A stretch of DNA of 13,447 nucleotides, taken from the UHGV virus genome UHGV-0125438, one strand, 5' to 3'. This document shows, in pieces, positions 8,042 through 13,447 of this stretch (positions are counted from its first letter, which is position 1; each line of letters opens with the position of its first letter). The DNA comes from a virus. The notes beneath the pieces were generated by a model. The model searched no databases and was not told the origin of the DNA. It saw only the letters and a list, made by a program, of their open reading frames with translations. Position numbers and translations under genes: made by a program.

Positions 8042-10393
8042 ATGACGGTCTCAACCGAAGTTGACCACAACGAATACACCGGTAACGGCGTTACGACATC
8101 ATTCCCTTATACCTTTAGGGTTTTCAATAAATCTGATCTAGTAGTGCAGGTGATTGACCCTGAAGAGAATATCACTGTGCTGGCTCTTGATACTGATTAC
8201 ACAGTCACTGGTGCGGGAGGGTATAACGGCGGCAATGTAATTCTGTCGAAGGCACTGGCTAATGGTTATCAGATTTCCATATCGCGAGAACTGCCGGTTA
8301 CTCAGGAAACAGATCTTAGAAACCAGGGTAAGTTTTTTGCTGAGGTGCACGAGGATGCGTTTGATAAGCTGACTATGCTCATACAGCAGGTAAGTAGTTT
8401 ATTCGGGCTGGCGCTACGTAAGCCATCGAGTATCGCAAACTGGTATGACGCGCTGAACAACTACATCCGTAATCTGTGCGACCCACGAGACCCACAGGAC
8501 GCGGCTACCAAGAACTATGTCGATACGCTGGCAAGTGGCAACTTGAGCCGTACTCTGCGCGTTCCTGAGCCCATTAATCAGCTACCATCAGCAGTTGACA
8601 GGGCAAACAAAATGCCCGCGTTTGATAGCATGGGTAATGCAATTGTCGTTCTCCCGCCATCAGGTTCCGCATCTGAAGTTCTGATAGAGCTGGCAAAAAG
8701 TGACGGCTTCAAATTGATAGGGCAATTCCCTAACGTCACAGTTCTCCGTGCAACGGAGCCAGCTTCCGATGGTCAGCGGGTGCTCCTGAAAGAATATACC
8801 TCTGGTACAGGTTACGGTGGTGGTCAGCTTCGCGCAGTGCTTGATGGAAGTGCATATACAGACAACGGCGTTACCGTATTCAAGACTCCTGGTGGAGCGG
8901 CATGGATTCGTGTTAATGCTGATATCATTAACCCATTAATGGCTGGCGCAGTGCCTGATGGAGTTACCCCGTGCTCAGCAGCAATTAACGCCATGTTTGC
9001 TGTTGGCAAGAGAATGCAGTTTACAGGTGGTGATTATCTTCTTGATGCCACTATAACATTGCAAGCAGGTAGGTCTGTAGATTTTGGATCATCAAGGTTA
9101 ATCCAGGGTACTTCGCTGGCAAATTATATATTGGCGATAAGGGGGGATAATACACATACCTCAGGTGGTTTTATAGTTGGCACAGGTGTCAGGGCTGGGG
9201 CAAACAGTGTGGTGTCTGCGGTATTAGTTGCTGATACCTCTTATAGTTATGTTAAAGGAATGACAGTAAGAAGGGTCCCTGGCTCTGGTATTCAGATGAT
9301 CAATTGCACACGTTGTAAAATTCAGGATTGCATTTCTGAAAATAACTGGGGTATGGGTATTGAAGACCGTTACGGGACATTCAATGAAATTATCAATTCT
9401 GTCGGTAACTATAATGGTTATCTGAGTGATACAGAAATATCTGATGGCGGCAGAGGATGTATTGTCTGGAAGAGCACTGGTACAACCTTTAAAGGAAATC
9501 AAACATTCGGAAATAGCGAGTACGGCATTCGTGTGTATTCACAATCTGGAGATGATGCCACTACACGTTACATCCACATTTTCGACCATCTGGCTGGCGA
9601 TAACAAAAAAATAGACATCTACATTTACAATGATGCAGGAACACTACTTAACGTTGAGTTGAGTAATTGCCATATCCATAGATGGAGCCAGTCATTTAGC
9701 GGAAGCTATATGATTTCTTTGCAAGGAACTCGCTGCCATTTCAATGGAGGAAGTATAACAAAATATGGTGACATTTACGATTCAACGGCAATCCATTGTA
9801 GCAATGGCGACAATATCACAGTTGAAAACGTCAGCATTTCTAACGTATCTGCTGCTTTCGGTAACACTGCCAATAATACTACCGTAAGAAATTGCTCTGC
9901 TTCTTGTGGCGTTGTTATGACAGGTACAGGTGGAACCACCGGATATCTGACATTTGAAAATTGTAACTTTAGCCACACTGGCGCAGGTACATCTGATATA
10001 GCTTTCACAGTAACCTCTGCTACAAAACTTGAAGGGGTCAGGTTCAACGGATTCTTTAGGAATGTTTCATGGAACAATGAACCTCTAATCCTTATAGATT
10101 GTCACAGCACAAATACAACTGGAGACGCAATCAGAATGTACGGAGATGGTGTTGGAGCGTTCTTCCACTCTGGCTGTCGTTGGGATGTCCCAACAGTTCC
10201 TGCCTGGCTTGGAAGCTTAGTGAAGCAAGGATCATCTCTCCCTGTGCTTTACGATACCGCCGCTCCAACCACTTTGACCTGGCCAAGGGGATCGCGATGC
10301 ATAAATTCCTCTCCTGCTGTCGGGAGCCCTAAGGAGTGGGTATGTGTTACCGCCGGCACTCCTGGCACTTGGCAGTCAACAGGAAATCTCTAA
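8042..10393 (+). CDS. tailspike protein (783 aa): conserved N-terminal particle-binding domain plus beta-helix receptor-binding / polysaccharide depolymerase domain
   Basis: ATG at 8042 after GGAG; 783-codon ORF. The N-terminus MTVSTEVDHNEYTGNGVTTSFPYTF matches, from memory, the conserved tailspike N-terminal module of epsilon15/phiV10-like phages. The C-terminal two-thirds is rich in short Asn/Gly/Ser/Thr-containing repeats (NVSISNVSAAFGNTANNTTVRNCSASCGVV, and similar), typical of right-handed parallel beta-helix depolymerases. Confidence 0.85.
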   Translation: MTVSTEVDHNEYTGNGVTTSFPYTFRVFNKSDLVVQVIDPEENITVLALDTDYTVTGAGGYNGGNVILSKALANGYQISISRELPVTQETDLRNQGKFFAEVHEDAFDKLTMLIQQVSSLFGLALRKPSSIANWYDALNNYIRNLCDPRDPQDAATKNYVDTLASGNLSRTLRVPEPINQLPSAVDRANKMPAFDSMGNAIVVLPPSGSASEVLIELAKSDGFKLIGQFPNVTVLRATEPASDGQRVLLKEYTSGTGYGGGQLRAVLDGSAYTDNGVTVFKTPGGAAWIRVNADIINPLMAGAVPDGVTPCSAAINAMFAVGKRMQFTGGDYLLDATITLQAGRSVDFGSSRLIQGTSLANYILAIRGDNTHTSGGFIVGTGVRAGANSVVSAVLVADTSYSYVKGMTVRRVPGSGIQMINCTRCKIQDCISENNWGMGIEDRYGTFNEIINSVGNYNGYLSDTEISDGGRGCIVWKSTGTTFKGNQTFGNSEYGIRVYSQSGDDATTRYIHIFDHLAGDNKKIDIYIYNDAGTLLNVELSNCHIHRWSQSFSGSYMISLQGTRCHFNGGSITKYGDIYDSTAIHCSNGDNITVENVSISNVSAAFGNTANNTTVRNCSASCGVVMTGTGGTTGYLTFENCNFSHTGAGTSDIAFTVTSATKLEGVRFNGFFRNVSWNNEPLILIDCHSTNTTGDAIRMYGDGVGAFFHSGCRWDVPTVPAWLGSLVKQGSSLPVLYDTAAPTTLTWPRGSRCINSSPAVGSPKEWVCVTAGTPGTWQSTGNL

Positions 10394-10432
10394 TGTGATA
10401 TCCTCATTAACAAGGACGTTTTTGAGGTGTTT

Positions 10433-11809
10433 ATGTCAGTTTCCAGAAGAAATTTTATTAAATTAGCTGCGGCCATCGGCGCGCTGTCAGGATCTGGTCT
10501 TCTTTTTGCAGATTTTGTTGCTGGAAGGAAAAACCGCGTATTCATTATTTACGGACAATCCAACTCAACAGGAGCCGTTGATTATTCACAGACCTGGAGA
10601 ACACCAAGCCCATGGGATTCTTATCTTGAATCATATGAGGGTGAGAGAGACGGTAGTAAATTCATCACAACTGATTTGGCAAGTGCATTTACTTTGTCCT
10701 CAGGCGGCGCAAGCTTAACCAATTTAGACAGAATGGCATTTGGTATTGATGCAGGAGAAGGGCCTGTATACGGAATAATTTCACATATCTCAAAAGCGTT
10801 TCCAAATGACAATCTTATTATCTTCGGGCACGGAAGGGGATCCCAGTATATAGAGCAACTTATTAAGCCTAGCAAAGATTTAATTCTTAATGGTGACAAC
10901 TATAACAAACCTCTAACTAAAGAGTCTTCTGACTACAATGTAGTATCAGGAAATAAATCACTGCTTTATTATCGCGAGCCAAAATTCCGCTACCCTTATC
11001 TGAACGGTATGTGGATGCTCGAAAAAATAAAAGATATTATCAAAAGTGATATTCAAGTTGATGGCATCTTCTGGATTCAGGGGGAAAATGATGCCATCGC
11101 CCCTAAAGGATATTCTGAAAAACTTCTATCATTCAGAAATGATTACGTTAAAGATATTGTAAAAATCACAGGGCAGGGCAAAGAGCCAGAGTTTATTTTT
11201 GAGCAAAGCAATTACTGTTGGCATGGTTTTAAAACCGAAGGTAGAAGGATAAACTCACACTTTGGTCTTAACGTCGAGCAACGCATGGCCCATGATGAAG
11301 CAAAACATTCCGGCATTAAGATGTACATCTCTGGCCCAAGATATCACCTGACGAACGAAATTCATATGTACCCACATGCCCAGCGTGCACATGGCGAAAA
11401 AATGGCACAGGCGTATTTAACTAGTAAGTTGTCAGGTTCATCATGGTCACCTCTATGTTATAAATCACATTCTATCGATGGTAACAGCATTATTATAAAA
11501 TTTAATATTCCTGTGAAGCCATTGCAATTTAGAAAAACCCTCAACGGAATGTATTCATTTATAAAAGATGGTTGTCCTATGGGTTTTCATTTCACAGGAA
11601 AAAAACTATCTGCTAGCGACGTTAAGATCATTTCAGATGATACTGTGAGCATCAATACTTCCGGCCTTAAAGGTACGGTGAGTTATCTTAAAGAGTCACG
11701 GATAGGAGAGCTTTGCGATAGTGATGAATTCCCAAATCATTTTAAAGATCGCTATCATGCAGACAATTGCATGCTGAATTATTGCCTTCCGTTTGAGATA
11801 GAAATTTAG
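10433..11809 (+). CDS. Tat-exported SGNH/SASA-family carbohydrate esterase (sialate O-acetylesterase-like), about 458 aa; candidate O-acetyl esterase acting on surface polysaccharide
   Basis: N-terminus MSVSRRNFIKLAAAIGALSGSGLLFA has a twin-arginine motif (SRRNFIK) followed by a hydrophobic h-region. The mature part begins IIYGQSNSTG (SGNH block I as in the SASA family GQSNMxG) and later has WIQGENDA (block III, GxND). Start chosen at ATG 10433 (GAGG 5 nt upstream) rather than the track's GTG at 10427. The gene is visibly AT-rich and sits 39 bp after the tailspike stop. Confidence 0.75.
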   Translation: MSVSRRNFIKLAAAIGALSGSGLLFADFVAGRKNRVFIIYGQSNSTGAVDYSQTWRTPSPWDSYLESYEGERDGSKFITTDLASAFTLSSGGASLTNLDRMAFGIDAGEGPVYGIISHISKAFPNDNLIIFGHGRGSQYIEQLIKPSKDLILNGDNYNKPLTKESSDYNVVSGNKSLLYYREPKFRYPYLNGMWMLEKIKDIIKSDIQVDGIFWIQGENDAIAPKGYSEKLLSFRNDYVKDIVKITGQGKEPEFIFEQSNYCWHGFKTEGRRINSHFGLNVEQRMAHDEAKHSGIKMYISGPRYHLTNEIHMYPHAQRAHGEKMAQAYLTSKLSGSSWSPLCYKSHSIDGNSIIIKFNIPVKPLQFRKTLNGMYSFIKDGCPMGFHFTGKKLSASDVKIISDDTVSINTSGLKGTVSYLKESRIGELCDSDEFPNHFKDRYHADNCMLNYCLPFEIEI

Positions 11810-11934
11810 GCAAATCACCTCTAGGGTAATTTCGTTAAGAGTTATCCGATCAAATTTAATCCACATATGGTTTATTGTGTATGATGAACTCACCAACTAA
11901 GGGGGTTCTTTATGCACATTAAACGGTGGTCACT

Positions 11935-12339
11935 ATGTCGCACTCGTTAACCACTGAAACGCTGAATCAGGGGCTTAGCCTGAGCGCGCTGATGTCTGTG
12001 GTCGCGGGTGCGCCGCCTGAGGTGGCTTTAGGGGCGCTCGCTGGCGCGGTAATTTTTGTTACCTCGGCGGTGGAGTATCCCATAAAGCGACGGTTACTTC
12101 TGGCGTTCCTCAGCTTCTTCTGCGGCCTTCTCTTCTACAAACCGACAGCAACACTTCTCATCGGCTTCGCATCCGCTTTCCCTGGTATTACCACAGATAT
12201 GTTTGAGAAAGGTGTTGCTTACTCAGCAGGGGCGTTTGTTTCTTCAATCGTTGCTGTTGGTATCGGTACCTGGCTGTATCACCGTTCTGGAAATCCACGC
12301 GACCTGATTCCGGGGAGAAAAGACGATGATCAGTCCTGA
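11935..12339 (+). CDS. multi-pass membrane protein of the lysis cassette (about 134 aa); putative holin or holin-associated protein
   Basis: Three to four hydrophobic helices (LSLSALMSVVAGA, LGALAGAVIFVTSAV, LLLAFLSFFCGLLFY, AGAFVSSIVAVGIGTWLY) and a charged C-terminus (RSGNPRDLIPGRKDDDQS). It directly precedes a second small membrane protein and the endolysin. Start is ambiguous: ATG 11935 with GGTGG upstream, or the track's GTG 11926. Confidence 0.65.
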   Translation: MSHSLTTETLNQGLSLSALMSVVAGAPPEVALGALAGAVIFVTSAVEYPIKRRLLLAFLSFFCGLLFYKPTATLLIGFASAFPGITTDMFEKGVAYSAGAFVSSIVAVGIGTWLYHRSGNPRDLIPGRKDDDQS

Positions 12340-12613
12340 GCTCATCCTGAACGCCGCTATATGTGGCGGCATTGCAATCCGAGTCCTGCTGTTCCGCCGT
12401 GACGGGTCACGCCATCGCTGGTGGGGAGGGTGGCTCGCCTATCTGCTGATCGTCGTTGCTGCCAGCGTACCTATCCGGACGTTCTACGGGTACTACGTCA
12501 GCGCCGACTGGTCAGAAATCATCATCAAAGCCGTGTTCCTGGCTGCGCTGATCAAGACAAAAGGGAACGTGGTACAAATCTTCAAGATAACGAGGTCCCA
12601 GCATGGACATTAA
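12326..12613 (+). CDS. putative holin (95 aa)
   Basis: ATG at 12326 after GGGGAG; overlaps the upstream gene by 14 nt and the endolysin start by 11 nt. Small protein with two to three hydrophobic segments and a basic C-terminal tail (KTKGNVVQIFKITRSQHGH), as expected for a holin. Confidence 0.65.
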   Translation: MISPELILNAAICGGIAIRVLLFRRDGSRHRWWGGWLAYLLIVVAASVPIRTFYGYYVSADWSEIIIKAVFLAALIKTKGNVVQIFKITRSQHGH

Positions 12614-13232
12614 ACAATTCCAGCGTGCAGCTGGTGTCAGTGAGGTACTGGCCACGCGCTGGTTCCCGCATATCACCGCAGCAATGAAAGAGTTTGGCAT
12701 TGAGCATCCGCTGCACCAGGCGATGTTTATCGCGCAGGTGGGGCATGAATCCGGCGGATTTACCCGGCTGCAGGAGAATTTTAACTACAGCGTGACCGGG
12801 CTGGCAGGATTCGTCCGCGCCGGGCGACTCACCCAGGGTCAGGCCAACGCGCTGGGCCGCCGTGCCGGCGAACCATCGTTACCGCTGGAGCGCCAGCGTG
12901 CGATAGCCAACCTGGTGTACAGCAAACGCATGGGGAACAACGGGCCGACAGACGGCTGGTTTTACCGCGGGCGCGGGCTTATCCAGATCACCGGGCTGAA
13001 CAACTATCGCGACTGCGGCAACGGCCTGAAGGTTGATCTGGTGCAGAAGCCAGAGCTGCTGGCACAGGATGAGTATGCAGCCCGCAGCGCGGCGTGGTTC
13101 TTCGCCACCAAAGGCTGCATGAAGTACACAGGCGACCTAGTGCGCGTCACGCAGATCATTAATGGCGGGCAGAACGGTATCGACGACCGGCGTGCGCGGT
13201 ACATCACTGCCAGTAAGGTGCTGGCGGTATGA
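12603..13232 (+). CDS. endolysin, glycoside hydrolase family 19 (chitinase-like lysozyme) type, 209 aa
   Basis: Motifs FIAQVGHESGGF and YRGRGLIQITGLNNY are, from memory, characteristic of GH19-type endolysins of enterobacterial phages. Position between the holin and the spanin fits a lysis cassette. GC-rich relative to neighbouring genes. Confidence 0.8.
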   Translation: MDIKQFQRAAGVSEVLATRWFPHITAAMKEFGIEHPLHQAMFIAQVGHESGGFTRLQENFNYSVTGLAGFVRAGRLTQGQANALGRRAGEPSLPLERQRAIANLVYSKRMGNNGPTDGWFYRGRGLIQITGLNNYRDCGNGLKVDLVQKPELLAQDEYAARSAAWFFATKGCMKYTGDLVRVTQIINGGQNGIDDRRARYITASKVLAV

Positions 13233-13447
13233 TCTCGGCATTCGCAAAAGCATACTGGAAACAGTTGGTTATCCTGGCGATGCTTGCTGTTCTGGTCATA
13301 TCAGGAGTTGTAGCCTGGAATGCACACGGCAGTCGTCAGTACGATGCCGGGTATGCGCAGGCGAAGGAAGACCGCAAAGCTGAAGATGAGATAGTTCGTC
13401 AGCACTACGAACAGGAGAAATCGATCAATGAACGTGAAGCGCAGCAG
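13229..13447 (+). CDS. i-spanin (Rz-like), N-terminal part; runs off the window end
   Basis: ATG at 13229 overlaps the endolysin stop (ATGA). My translation is MISAFAKAYWKQLVILAMLAVLVISGVVAWNAHGSRQYDAGYAQAKEDRKAEDEIVRQHYEQEKSINEREAQQ: an N-terminal transmembrane anchor followed by a charged, helix-prone periplasmic region, directly after the endolysin. Confidence 0.65.
   Translation, partial: MISAFAKAYWKQLVILAMLAVLVISGVVAWNAHGSRQYDAGYAQAKEDRKAEDEIVRQHYEQEKSINEREAQQ

Noticed and set aside
10427-10432. GTG at 10427 as the esterase start (as in the ORF track)
   Set aside because: The ATG at 10433 has better spacing to the GAGG Shine-Dalgarno and still gives a canonical Tat signal; GTG remains possible and adds only two residues.
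12421-12687. 88-aa + strand ORF overlapping the holin/endolysin junction
   Set aside because: Out of frame with two better-supported genes, Arg-rich, with no RBS.
1-13447. CRISPR array, tRNA/rRNA gene, integrase, transposase or attachment-site repeats
   Set aside because: I saw no direct-repeat/spacer periodicity, no cloverleaf-compatible tRNA-like segment, and no recombinase-like ORF; the window appears to lie wholly inside the late region.

Overview
This window reads as the late (virion and lysis) region of a tailed phage or prophage of an enteric host, with nearly all genes on the + strand and tightly packed. From memory, not a database search, the layout and the tailspike N-terminus resemble epsilon15/phiV10-like podophages. 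In order: a small virion-associated protein, three large internal virion/ejection proteins (837, 600 and 824 aa), a tiny hydrophobic ORF, a single antisense small gene with a near-consensus LexA (SOS) box over its promoter, a beta-helix tailspike, an AT-rich gene for a Tat-exported SGNH/SASA-type carbohydrate esterase, then a lysis cassette (two membrane proteins, a GH19-type endolysin, start of an Rz-like spanin). The two things most worth follow-up are the exported esterase directly behind the tailspike (candidate receptor-modifying enzyme) and the SOS-controlled antisense gene inside the structural module. No tRNA, rRNA, CRISPR array, integrase or IS element is visible. All functional calls rest on motif recognition and gene context and need homology or structure searches to confirm.
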